Shown here in pieces: positions 1-10,460 of a stretch of 64,000 nucleotides of DNA. The DNA is from Trypanosoma brucei (taxonomy: Eukaryota). The DNA lies in NCBI GenBank assembly GCA_000002445.1, contig CP000069.1, positions 320,001-384,000 of the forward strand, written 5' to 3'. A program made the position numbers and the translations under genes. The notes under the pieces were generated by a model. That model ran no database searches. It saw only the letters and a list, made by a program, of their open reading frames with translations, and was not told the origin of the DNA. Each line of letters begins with the position of its first letter. Positions within the stretch are counted from its first letter, which is position 1.

Positions 1-767
1 GTTTATTTTTTTTTAACTCTTGTTTTTATTTTCTTACATATCAAATCTTCCAGTGGTAATTCTTCCCTTGTATGCCAACAGGAGTGCGTAGACCTGCATT
101 ATCTTTTAAAAAATACATATTACCTTCTTACGTGTTAACTTTGTGAAACATAACCTATGCGACATGATCTTTTCGAATGGTGGATATGCAAATGACTCTG
201 CCCCAATGCCATGTGTCATGCTGTCCAGCACTCAGTGTTGGTGGTGACTTTATGAGCACCGCTTTAACTATTGTTTGGCAGTGCATTCCTTGTTTTTATG
301 AAGTCAGGTTGATGCGCAGTGGTTGCCGTTATTTCTTTCCTTTGTAAATATACATAAATATATGCATATTTCAGTATTTAAATACGTATGCTTACCTTGT
401 TTGAGGTTCTATCATATTTGAAAAACATTTTTTTTATTTTTGTTTTGTCTACCTCACTTTAATGCTATATTTATCCACTACGGCACAGCAGGTGGCACCT
501 TCCTCACACAGTCCCATGGAGGTTTATTTGCGATTGCCCAGGAAGTGGAACAGGAGGGGGAATATGGGAGTTAGGCGATGCGTCACAATTGCACTTTGCC
601 GCTCTTACGGTGAGTTAACCGAATATTCTTTCGTGTGTGAACCGTAGTATTTCCACCCTCCCAGGGTTGAGGGTTTAATATTTTGATTATGTCGCGATTG
701 GTGACTTTCTATTTCTGTCCAATACGTCGCCGGGCATGATCTGCATATGTATTAAGCGCGCCGATGC

Positions 768-812
768 CACTTTACTGGTTTCTATTTTCCCTCTTTGATG
801 TTCTTCTCGAAG
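768..812 (+). promoter_or_regulatory. Polypyrimidine tract plus AG; putative trans-splice acceptor region for cyclase copy 1. The same element recurs at 5522-5566, 10276-10320 and 15035-15079.
   Basis: The sequence ctttactggtttctattttccctctttgatgttcttctcg is followed by AG at 811-812 and 818-819. This is the classical kinetoplastid SL-addition signal. It lies inside the 5' end of the maximal ORF. Confidence 0.45.
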
Positions 813-952
813 ACACAAGATTTCACATACGAATAATACCACACATTCCCGAAAATATGTGCCGGCAGGAAGGTGGCGGCAGAGGATGTGTGTACCCTCA
901 TGGAAACTGCAGGCGGAACCTTACCGCAAGGAGCCCTGCAAGGCGTTACAGC

Positions 953-3900
953 ATGTACAAGCACTCACCTGTCATTACTGCTATGTCACTGCTACACTTG
1001 TTGCCTTTGCTACTCATGTGGATGCCACCTGTGTGCGCGGATGACAGTGCTGTGACGGTAAATGTGCTATCCATGATGTACAATTCGGAATATTACGTTG
1101 AGAAAGTGAACGCCATCAATGCCGGCTTTGACGCATCACTGAGTGCCCACGGTTGGAAGACGGGCTCCGGTGCGACAATATCTGTCATCCGTCCCCCATC
1201 GTACAACACCACAGCTGAGGACATATTTCAGCTGGGGGCGAAACAAAGTGAAGGGAAGTTATTAGTTGTATTTGGGCCCCTGGGTACTGACCCTGTCGTT
1301 TGGGTTCGTGATAAACTAAAGGAAAATGATCTTGTTGCCATCGCTCCTATTGCGTACTCCGGTGAGGTCCGTGGTTGGAACCCTCACCTCTATTCAATAA
1401 GTGTCGAACCCGATGCTGAGCTCCTCGCCCTCATTCGATACGCTGTTGTTTATCTGGGTCTGCCGCGTGTAGGTTTGATGTATGCGAAGGGTAATGGGTT
1501 TGACAAGGAGTCATATGAGTTTACCATGCGAATAATGGAAATGATGGGCCGCAAGCCATGTGGAGTGTTCGCTGTGGAGAGCAGTGGGGGTCGGGACGTC
1601 TTGGAGGGTGAATTGAATACCAAGTGGGGGCAATTTGTTGCTGCACGTCCGCAGGCTGTACTGCTATTTTCGTCAATCGCGGATGATACCACCGGGTGGT
1701 TTGTCAAGAAGATAGCACAGGACAACCGCACTGTGGACATGTACCTGCTCGCCCCTTCCAGTTTTCAACATTTTCTGATCAAAACATGGAGCGATGCGCT
1801 GGTGTCACTTAATCGTACGTTCACTCCTGGACAGCTGATCACAACTGGAACAGTGCCACTCGCTAGTGACAATCGGTCCTCGATGGTTCGGCACTTCCAG
1901 CGTGACATGGACAATTACCTGGATACAAACAGTGACTGGAAGGGCTTTGCGAAACCTGAACATTACCTTAAGGACGACAAATTAGGGGAGATGATGGTGT
2001 TTGGATGGCTTGCGGGAGAAGTTCTGTTTGAGGCCCTAAACAACGCTCCACAACTGACAAACCGTACTTCATTCATGGAATCTCTGTACAAGCAGCGTCG
2101 CTACGTGATTGATGACTTTGTGGTTGGTGACTTTGGTGGTGAGTGCGATGAGGGCGCTGCATTACAGGGTGCCATGTGTAATTGCAATCAAGGTGGCAGC
2201 ATGGCGCATATGAGAGTTGTTGTCAACAGCCTCAGTTTGAAGCCTATGAACAGCGCCTCTGTGACGTGGAGTGTATCGGAGTGCTCAAGTGCTAATGTGC
2301 AGGTGAGCGCACCGTTAATCGGACTGTATGTAGTCCTTACGGATGATAAAGTTGCACAACGTGCGAGCATGAGGTGGTCGTTGGGCGCTCGGAGCCTCGA
2401 GGAAGCGGATGATGTTGATAAGAGAATATTTTTTTACCCACTATACGCAGAGTCAGGAAATGCAGCGAAGACTTTTGAAAAAATTCGTGACACGAAGGCT
2501 GTAGCTGCAGTTCTTGGTGTTGTTACCGCTGATATTCTGAGCGTGCCGAATATGACTTTCATTGGCCCTATTCCATTGTCCCCCCGGTTGAACAAGTTCT
2601 GGAGAAACGTGATCCATCTGCAACCGCTACTTGCGCAGCAGCTATATGTGCTTGCTGTATACCTCTCCAACACCTCTTCCTTGGGAGTGAAGGCGCTGGT
2701 TCGGTGGAGTGAAGCATCTGAGGTTGTAGACACGCTTGATAAGTCATTGGTTACGTTTGGTGTGTCGCTTGATTCCAGTAAGACACTTGGTGATGGTGAC
2801 CCGATATCGTCATATCTCTCGGGTAATGGAGATGTGTTTTGTATTGGACTCACTCCCCCTGACGTTGCTGCGGTTGCGCGGCACCTTCAGACCCACCTCA
2901 GGGCCCGTGTATTCGTTGGGTTCGGTGACATTTTGTTGTTTTACCAGGAGTTTGTGGCTGCATTTAATGCGAGTAAAGAGTCTATTGCCAGCTCAGAGCG
3001 GCTCCTATTCGCGACGAGTTTCCCACACTGGGCAAAGAAGAACACGAAATCAGATATGGTTGCGAGATTTCATCGCCATGTAAATGAATCGCATTGGGAT
3101 CCACTAACGTTCCTGGGCTTTGCTACCACTCGGCTGCTTCAGGTTGTTATCTCCAATATGAGGAAGGTGAATGCAGAGCTGCTGGCAGACCGCATTTACA
3201 CGGAGTCCAACATCAGAGTGGATGACGTGCGATTTGGACCCTTCAGTGATGCGGAATGTGTTTCTGGTACGAGTGTTTCGGCAAATGAGTGTGCCTCAAA
3301 CTTTGGAGCCACAAACATTTCTGTATGGTCGATGGCGCGTGTGCTGAATTCAAGCTTGCCCAGGACACAGGTTGGGATGACACCGTCTATGGACTATGTT
3401 ATTCCGCAAGAGGGTCAACTCACACAGTCACAGATAGCTGGAATAATTTCTGGGTGTGTATCCGCCTTGTTATTATTTATTGCCCTTGGTGTGTTCCTAC
3501 ACATCTCCCTGCGGAACGCTCGTAACAACAACCGTGCAGCCAAGGAACCAACGGACCCCGTGACACTAATATTTACTGACATTGAGAGCAGCACTGCGTT
3601 GTGGGCTGCACACCCTGATCTGATGCCCGATGCCGTCGCCGCGCATCATCGTATGGTCCGTTCACTGATTGGGAGGTATAAGTGCTACGAAGTTAAAACT
3701 GTTGGGGATTCGTTCATGATAGCGAGTAAGAGTCCTTTCGCTGCCGTCCAACTCGCACAGGAACTACAGCTGTGTTTCTTGCATCATGACTGGGGAACAA
3801 ATGCACTTGATGATTCTTACCGTGAGTTTGAGGAGCAGCGTGCGGAGGGAGAATGTGAGTACACACCACCAACCGCGCATATGGATCCTGAAGTGTACAG

Positions 3901-4588
3901 TCGTTTGTGGAATGGCCTGCGTGTACGTGTTGGAATCCACACCGGGTTGTGCGACATCCGACACGATGAAGTGACGAAGGGATATGACTACTATGGGCGG
4001 ACTCCAAACATGGCAGCAAGGACGGAGAGTGTAGCAAATGGTGGTCAGGTGCTGATGACGCATGCGGCGTACCTGTCACTGTCAGCTGAGGAGCGTGAGC
4101 AAATTGATGTCACTGCACTTGGTGCTGTCGCACTTCGCGGTGTGAGTGATCCGGTTAAGATGTACCAGCTGAATACCGTGCCTAGTCGTAACTTTGCTGC
4201 ATTGCGGCTGGACCGCGAATACTTTTTTGATGAGGGCGAGGATGGCACGACAACCTCCACAAGCGACCACAGTTCTTCACGTGCGGAGCTGAGTGAATCA
4301 GCTCAGATAATTGCAACTGCACTACAGTCGCTGTTAAGCACGTTCAAGACAGCGCATCGTGAGAAGTTGTTGCTGCCGTATTGTGAGCGTTGGCGTGTGC
4401 CTCTTCCCCGTAAAGCTGCATCCGAGTGGGATGACGCCTACTGTGAGGAAGTGGTGCGTCGCATTGCGGTTAAGGTTGGGCGCGTCGCTGACCATGGCGC
4501 TCATAGTGGAAGTGAGTCGTCAAGTACGCAAGGCAGTTCATCAATTATTATCGTCCCCTTTTACGACATGCACCTTCAGGAATACTAA
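953..4588 (+). CDS. GRESAG4: Receptor-type adenylate cyclase (GRESAG4/ESAG4-like), tandem copy 1
   Basis: The maximal ORF is 764-4588 (1274 aa). It has a signal-peptide-like segment (MSLLHLLPLLLMWMPPVCA), a large extracellular domain, one TM helix (IAGIISGCVSALLLFIALGVFLHISL) and a class III cyclase domain with the LIFTDIESSTALW, KTVGDSFM and GRTPNMAARTES motifs. The start is placed at the in-frame ATG at 953 because 768-812 is a polypyrimidine tract followed by an AG (a likely splice acceptor). The ATGs at 764 (ORF-maximal) and 980 are alternative starts. Confidence 0.85.
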   Translation: MYKHSPVITAMSLLHLLPLLLMWMPPVCADDSAVTVNVLSMMYNSEYYVEKVNAINAGFDASLSAHGWKTGSGATISVIRPPSYNTTAEDIFQLGAKQSEGKLLVVFGPLGTDPVVWVRDKLKENDLVAIAPIAYSGEVRGWNPHLYSISVEPDAELLALIRYAVVYLGLPRVGLMYAKGNGFDKESYEFTMRIMEMMGRKPCGVFAVESSGGRDVLEGELNTKWGQFVAARPQAVLLFSSIADDTTGWFVKKIAQDNRTVDMYLLAPSSFQHFLIKTWSDALVSLNRTFTPGQLITTGTVPLASDNRSSMVRHFQRDMDNYLDTNSDWKGFAKPEHYLKDDKLGEMMVFGWLAGEVLFEALNNAPQLTNRTSFMESLYKQRRYVIDDFVVGDFGGECDEGAALQGAMCNCNQGGSMAHMRVVVNSLSLKPMNSASVTWSVSECSSANVQVSAPLIGLYVVLTDDKVAQRASMRWSLGARSLEEADDVDKRIFFYPLYAESGNAAKTFEKIRDTKAVAAVLGVVTADILSVPNMTFIGPIPLSPRLNKFWRNVIHLQPLLAQQLYVLAVYLSNTSSLGVKALVRWSEASEVVDTLDKSLVTFGVSLDSSKTLGDGDPISSYLSGNGDVFCIGLTPPDVAAVARHLQTHLRARVFVGFGDILLFYQEFVAAFNASKESIASSERLLFATSFPHWAKKNTKSDMVARFHRHVNESHWDPLTFLGFATTRLLQVVISNMRKVNAELLADRIYTESNIRVDDVRFGPFSDAECVSGTSVSANECASNFGATNISVWSMARVLNSSLPRTQVGMTPSMDYVIPQEGQLTQSQIAGIISGCVSALLLFIALGVFLHISLRNARNNNRAAKEPTDPVTLIFTDIESSTALWAAHPDLMPDAVAAHHRMVRSLIGRYKCYEVKTVGDSFMIASKSPFAAVQLAQELQLCFLHHDWGTNALDDSYREFEEQRAEGECEYTPPTAHMDPEVYSRLWNGLRVRVGIHTGLCDIRHDEVTKGYDYYGRTPNMAARTESVANGGQVLMTHAAYLSLSAEEREQIDVTALGAVALRGVSDPVKMYQLNTVPSRNFAALRLDREYFFDEGEDGTTTSTSDHSSSRAELSESAQIIATALQSLLSTFKTAHREKLLLPYCERWRVPLPRKAASEWDDAYCEEVVRRIAVKVGRVADHGAHSGSESSSTQGSSSIIIVPFYDMHLQEY

Positions 4589-5706
4589 CCTTGTCATTGA
4601 TGATATTCGTAGAGTAGCAGTAACACACCGGATTTCTGTTGGGTCGCCATTATTACGATGAAGCCGTTGCCCATCGGCCGATGGCTCGCAATGTAAATGA
4701 ATGTTATATGCATTAATAGTGCCAGCGTTTAGTGACGTTCATGCTTATTTCAACAATATGTTTATTTTTTTTTAACTCTTGTTTTTATTTTCTTACATAT
4801 CAAATCTTCCAGTGGTAATTCTTCCCTTGTATGCCAACAGGAGTGCGTAGACCTGCATTATCTTTTAAAAAATACATATTACCTTCTTACGTGTTAACTT
4901 TGTGAAACATAACCTATGCGACATGATCTTTTCGAATGGTGGATATGCAAATGACTCTGCCCCAATGCCATGTGTCATGCTGTCCAGCACTCAGTGTTGG
5001 TGGTGACTTTATGAGCACCGCTTTAACTATTGTTTGGCAGTGCATTCCTTGTTTTTATGAAGTCAGGTTGATGCGCAGTGGTTGTCGTTATTTCTTTCCC
5101 TCATATATATACGCATGTGCATATTTCAGTATTTAAATACGTATGCTTACCTTGTTTGAGGTTCTATCATATTTGAAAAACATTTTTTTATTTTTGTTTT
5201 GTCTACCTCACTTTAATGCTATATTTATCCACTACGGCACAGCAGGTGGCACCTTCCTCACACAGTCCCATGGAGGTTTATTTGCGATTGCCCAGGAGGT
5301 GGAACAGGAGGGGGAATATGGGAGTTAGGCGATGCGTCACAATTGCACTTTGCCGCTCTTACGGTGAGTTAACCGAATATTCTTTCGTGTGTGAACCGTA
5401 GTATTTCCACCCTCCCAGGGTTGAGGGTTTAATATTTTGATTATGTCGCGATTGGTGACTTTCTATTTCTGTCCAATACGTCGCCGGGCATGATCTGCAT
5501 ATGTATTAAGCGCGCCGATGCCACTTTACTGGTTTCTATTTTCCCTCTTTGATATTCTTCTCGAAGACACAAGATTTCACATACGAATAATACCACACAT
5601 TACCGAAAATATGTGCCGGCAGGAAGGTGGCGGCAGAGGATGTGTGTACCCTCATGGAAACTGCAGGCGGAACCTTACCGCAAGGAGCCCTGCAAGGCGT
5701 TACAGC

Positions 5707-8700
5707 ATGTACAAGCACTCACCTGTCATTACTGCTATGTCACTGCTACACTTGTTGCCTTTGCTACTCATGTGGATGCCACCTGTGTGCGCGGATGACA
5801 GTGCTGTGACGGTAAATGTGCTATCCATGATGTACAATTCGGAATATTACGTTGAGAAAGTGAACGCCATCAATGCCGGCTTTGACGCATCACTGAGTGC
5901 CCACGGTTGGAAGACGGGCTCCGGTGCGACAATATCTGTCATCCGTCCCCCATCGTACAACACCACAGCTGAGGACATATTTCAGCTGGGGGCGAAACAA
6001 AGTGAAGGGAAGTTATTAGTTGTATTTGGGCCCCTGGGTACTGACCCTGTCGTTTGGGTTCGTGATAAACTAAAGGAAAATGATCTTGTTGCCATCGCTC
6101 CTATTGCGTACTCCGGTGAGGTCCGTGGTTGGAACCCTCACCTCTATTCAATAAGTGTCGAACCCGATGCTGAGCTCCTCGCCCTCATTCGATACGCTGT
6201 TGTTTATCTGGGTCTGCCGCGTGTAGGTTTGATGTATGCGAAGGGTAATGGGTTTGACAAGGAGTCATATGAGTTTACCATGCGAATAATGGAAATGATG
6301 GGCCGCAAGCCATGTGGAGTGTTCGCTGTGGAGAGCAGTGGGGGTCGGGACGTCTTGGAGGGTGAATTGAATACCAAGTGGGGGCAATTTGTTGCTACAC
6401 GTCCGCAGGCTGTACTGCTATTTTCGTCAATCGCGGATGATACCACCGGGTGGTTTGTCAAGAAGATAGCACAGGACAACCGCACTGTGGACATGTACCT
6501 GCTCGCCCCTTCCAGTTTTCAACATTTTCTGATCAAAACATGGAGCGATGCGCTGGTGTCACTTAATCGTACGTTCACTCCTGGACAGCTGATCACAACT
6601 GGAACAGTGCCACTCGCTAGTGACAATCGGTCCTCGATGGTTCGGCACTTCCAGCGTGACATGGACAATTACCTGGATACAAACAGTGACTGGAAGGGCT
6701 TTGCGAAACCTGAACATTACCTTAAGGACGACAAATTAGGGGAGATGATGGTGTTTGGATGGCTTGCGGGAGAAGTTCTGTTTGAGGCCCTAAACAACGC
6801 TCCACAACTGACAAACCGTACTTCATTCATGGAATCTCTGTACAAGCAGCGTCGCTACGTGATTGATGACTTTGTGGTTGGTGACTTTGGTGGTGAGTGC
6901 GATGAGGGCGCTGCATTACAGGGTGCCATGTGTAATTGCAATCAAGGTGGCAGCATGGCGCATATGAGAGTTGTTGTCAACAGCCTCAGTTTGAAGCCTA
7001 TGAACAGCGCCTCTGTGACGTGGAGTGTATCGGAGTGCTCAAGTGCTAATGTGCAGGTGAGCGCACCGTTAATCGGACTGTATGTAGTCCTTACGGATGA
7101 TAAAGTTGCACAACGTGCGAGCATGAGGTGGTCGTTGGGCGCTCGGAGCCTCGAGGAAGCGGATGATGTTGATAAGAGAATATTTTTTTACCCACTATAC
7201 GCAGAGTCAGGAAATGCAGCGAAGACTTTTGAAAAAATTCGTGACACGAAGGCTGTAGCTGCAGTTCTTGGTGTTGTTACCGCTGATATTCTGAGCGTGC
7301 CGAATATGACTTTCATTGGCCCTATTCCACTGTTCCCCCGGTTGAACAAGTTCTGGAGAAACGTGATCCATCTGCAACCGCTACTTGCGCAGCAGCTATA
7401 TGTGCTTGCTGTATACCTCTCCAACACCTCTTCCTTGGGAGTGAAGGCGCTTGTTCGCGGGGGTGAAGCATCTGAGGTTGTAGACACGCTTGATAAGTCA
7501 TTGGTTACGTTTGGTGTGTCGCTTGATTCCAGTAAGACACTTGGTGATGGTGACCCGATATCGTCATATCTCTCGGGTAATGGAGATGTGTTTTGTATTG
7601 GACTCACTCCCCCTGACGTTGCTGCGGTTGCGCGGCACCTTCAGACCCACCTCAGGGCCCGTGTATTCGTTCCATTCAATGACATTTTGTTGTTTTACCA
7701 GGAGTTTGTGGTTGCGTTTAATGCGAGTAAAGAGTCTATTGCCAGCTCAGAGCGGCTCCTATTCGCGACGAGTTTCCCACACTGGGCGGAGAAGAACACG
7801 AAATCAGATATGGTTGCGAGATTTCATCGCCATGTAAATGAATCGCATTGGGATCCACTAACGTTCCTGGGCTTTGCTACCACTCGGCTGCTTCAGGTTG
7901 TTATCTCCAATATGAAGAAAGTGAATGCAGAGCTGCTGGCAGACCGCATTTACACGGAGTCCAACATCAGAGTGGATGACGTGCGATTTGGACCCTTCAG
8001 TGATGCGGAATGTGTTTCTGGTACGAGTGTTTCGGCAAATGAGTGTGCCTCAAACTTTGGAGCCACAAACATTTCTGTATGGTCGATGGCGCGTGTGCTG
8101 AATTCAAGCTTGCCCAGGACACAGGTTGGGATGACACCGTCTATGGACTATGTTATTCCGCAAGAGGGTCAACTCACACAGTCACAGATAGCTGGAATAA
8201 TTTCTGGGTGTGTATCCGCCTTGTTATTATTTATTGCCCTTGGTGTGTTCCTACACATCTCCCTGCGGAACGCTCGTAACAACAACCGTGCACCCAAGGA
8301 GCCAACGGACCCCGTGACACTAATATTTACTGACATTGAGAGCAGCACTGCGTTGTGGGCTGCACACCCTGATCTGATGCCCGATGCCGTCGCCGCGCAT
8401 CATCGTATGGTCCGTTCACTGATTGGGAGGTATAAGTGCTACGAAGTTAAAACTGTTGGGGATTCGTTCATGATAGCGAGTAAGAGTCCTTTCGCTGCCG
8501 TCCAACTCGCACAGGAATTACAGCTGTGTTTCTTGCATCATGACTGGGGAACAAATGCAGTTGATGATTCTTACCGTGAGTTTGAGGAGCAGCGTGCGGA
8601 GGGAGAATGTGAGTACACACCACCAACCGCGCATATGGATCCTGAAGTGTACAGTCGTTTGTGGAATGGCCTGCGTGTACGTGTTGGAATCCACACCGGG

Positions 8701-9342
8701 TTGTGCGACATCCGACACGATGAAGTGACGAAGGGATATGACTACTATGGGCGGACTCCAAACATGGCAGCAAGGACGGAGAGTGTAGCAAATGGTGGTC
8801 AGGTGCTGATGACGCATGCGGCGTACATGTCGCTGTCAGCTGAGGATCGTAAGCAAATTGATGTCACTGCACTTGGTGCTGTCGCACTTCGCGGTGTGAG
8901 TGATCCGGTTAAGATGTACCAGCTGAATACCGTGCCTAGTCGTAACTTTGCTGCATTGCGGCTGGACCGCGAATACTTTTTTGATGAGGGCGAGGATGGC
9001 ACGACAACCTCCACAAGCGACCACAGTTCTTCACGTGCGGAGCTGAGTGAATCAGCTCAGATAATTGCAACTGCACTACAGTCGCTGTTAAGCACGTTCA
9101 AGACAGCGCATCGTGAGAAGTTGTTGCTGCCGTATTGTGAGCGTTGGCGTGTGCCTCTTCCCCGTAAAGCTGCATCCGAGTGGGATGACGCCTACTGTGA
9201 GGAAGTGGTGCGTCGCATTGCGGTTAAGGTTGGGCGCGTCGCTGACCATGGCGCTCATAGTGGAAGTGAGTCTTCAAGTACGCAAGGCAGTTCATCAATT
9301 ATTATCGTCCCCTTTTACGACATGCACCTTCAGGAATACTAA
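5707..9342 (+). CDS. GRESAG4: Receptor-type adenylate cyclase (GRESAG4-like), tandem copy 2
   Basis: The maximal ORF is 5518-9342 (1274 aa). It has the same architecture as copy 1 and differs from it by about a dozen mostly nonsynonymous substitutions (e.g. A->T, S->F, WS->GG, GFGD->PFND). Confidence 0.85.
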   Translation: MYKHSPVITAMSLLHLLPLLLMWMPPVCADDSAVTVNVLSMMYNSEYYVEKVNAINAGFDASLSAHGWKTGSGATISVIRPPSYNTTAEDIFQLGAKQSEGKLLVVFGPLGTDPVVWVRDKLKENDLVAIAPIAYSGEVRGWNPHLYSISVEPDAELLALIRYAVVYLGLPRVGLMYAKGNGFDKESYEFTMRIMEMMGRKPCGVFAVESSGGRDVLEGELNTKWGQFVATRPQAVLLFSSIADDTTGWFVKKIAQDNRTVDMYLLAPSSFQHFLIKTWSDALVSLNRTFTPGQLITTGTVPLASDNRSSMVRHFQRDMDNYLDTNSDWKGFAKPEHYLKDDKLGEMMVFGWLAGEVLFEALNNAPQLTNRTSFMESLYKQRRYVIDDFVVGDFGGECDEGAALQGAMCNCNQGGSMAHMRVVVNSLSLKPMNSASVTWSVSECSSANVQVSAPLIGLYVVLTDDKVAQRASMRWSLGARSLEEADDVDKRIFFYPLYAESGNAAKTFEKIRDTKAVAAVLGVVTADILSVPNMTFIGPIPLFPRLNKFWRNVIHLQPLLAQQLYVLAVYLSNTSSLGVKALVRGGEASEVVDTLDKSLVTFGVSLDSSKTLGDGDPISSYLSGNGDVFCIGLTPPDVAAVARHLQTHLRARVFVPFNDILLFYQEFVVAFNASKESIASSERLLFATSFPHWAEKNTKSDMVARFHRHVNESHWDPLTFLGFATTRLLQVVISNMKKVNAELLADRIYTESNIRVDDVRFGPFSDAECVSGTSVSANECASNFGATNISVWSMARVLNSSLPRTQVGMTPSMDYVIPQEGQLTQSQIAGIISGCVSALLLFIALGVFLHISLRNARNNNRAPKEPTDPVTLIFTDIESSTALWAAHPDLMPDAVAAHHRMVRSLIGRYKCYEVKTVGDSFMIASKSPFAAVQLAQELQLCFLHHDWGTNAVDDSYREFEEQRAEGECEYTPPTAHMDPEVYSRLWNGLRVRVGIHTGLCDIRHDEVTKGYDYYGRTPNMAARTESVANGGQVLMTHAAYMSLSAEDRKQIDVTALGAVALRGVSDPVKMYQLNTVPSRNFAALRLDREYFFDEGEDGTTTSTSDHSSSRAELSESAQIIATALQSLLSTFKTAHREKLLLPYCERWRVPLPRKAASEWDDAYCEEVVRRIAVKVGRVADHGAHSGSESSSTQGSSSIIIVPFYDMHLQEY

Positions 9343-10460
9343 CCTTGTCATTGATGATATTCGTAGAGTAGCAGTAACACACCGGATTTCTGTTGGGTCG
9401 CCATTATTACGATGAAGCCGTTGCCCATCGGCCGATGGCTCGCAATGTAAATGAATGTTATATGCATTAATAGTGCCAGCGTTTAGTGACGTTCATGCTT
9501 ATTTCAACAATATGTTTATTTTTTTTTAACTCTTGTTTTTATTTTCTTACATATCAAATCTTCCAGTGGTAATTCTTCCCTTGTATGCCAACAGGAGTGC
9601 GTAGACCTGCATTATCTTTTAAAAAATACATATTACCTTCTTACGTGTTAACTTTGTGAAACATAACCTATGCGACATGATCTTTTCGAATGGTGGATAT
9701 GCAAATGACTCTGCCCCAATGCCATGTGTCATGCTGTCCAGCACTCAGTGTTGGTGGTGACTTTATGAGCACCGCTTTAACTATTGTTTGGCAGTGCATT
9801 CCTTGTTTTTATGAAGTCAGGTTGATGCGCAGTGGTTGTCGTTATTTCTTTCCCTCATATATATACGCATGTGCATATTTCAGTATTTAAATACGTATGC
9901 TTACCTTGTTTGAGGTTCTATCATATTTGAAAAACATTTTTTTATTTTTGTTTTGTCTACCTCACTTTAATGCTATATTTATCCACTACGGCACAGCAGG
10001 TGGCACCTTCCTCACACAGTCCCATGGAGGTTTATTTGCGATTGCCCAGGAAGTGGAACAGGAGGGGGAATATGGGAGTTAGGCGATGCGTCACAATTGC
10101 ACTTTGCCGCTCTTACGGTGAGTTAACCGAATATTCTTTCGTGTGTGAACCGTAGTATTTCCACCCTCCCAGGGTTGAGGGTTTAATATTTTGATTATGT
10201 CGCGATTGGTGACTTTCTATTTCTGTCCAATACGTCGCCGGGCATGATCTGCATATGTATTAAGCGCGCCGATGCCACTTTACTGGTTTCTATTTTCCCT
10301 CTTTGATATTCTTCTCGAAGACACAAGATTTCACATACGAATAATACCACACATTACCGAAAATATGTGCCGGCAGGAAGGTGGCGGCAGAGGATGTGTG
10401 TACCCTCATGGAAACTGCAGGCGGAACCTTACCGCAAGGAGCCCTGCAAGGCGTTACAGC

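Noticed and set aside
462-647. A 61-aa ORF (MLYLSTTAQQ...) repeated in every intergenic spacer of the cyclase array (also 5216-5401, 9970-10155, 14729-14914)
   Set aside because: It recurs only because the spacer is repeated. The peptide is Arg/Cys-rich with no protein-like features. It could at most be a uORF-like element, and there is no evidence of coding.
782-4661. Numerous 60-140 aa ORFs in alternative frames or antisense within each cyclase gene (e.g. 1450-1740, 2434-2853, 2736-3083, 3714-4079, and their copies in each unit)
   Set aside because: These are overlapping or antisense ORFs inside a strongly supported long CDS. They are repeated identically only because the gene is repeated.
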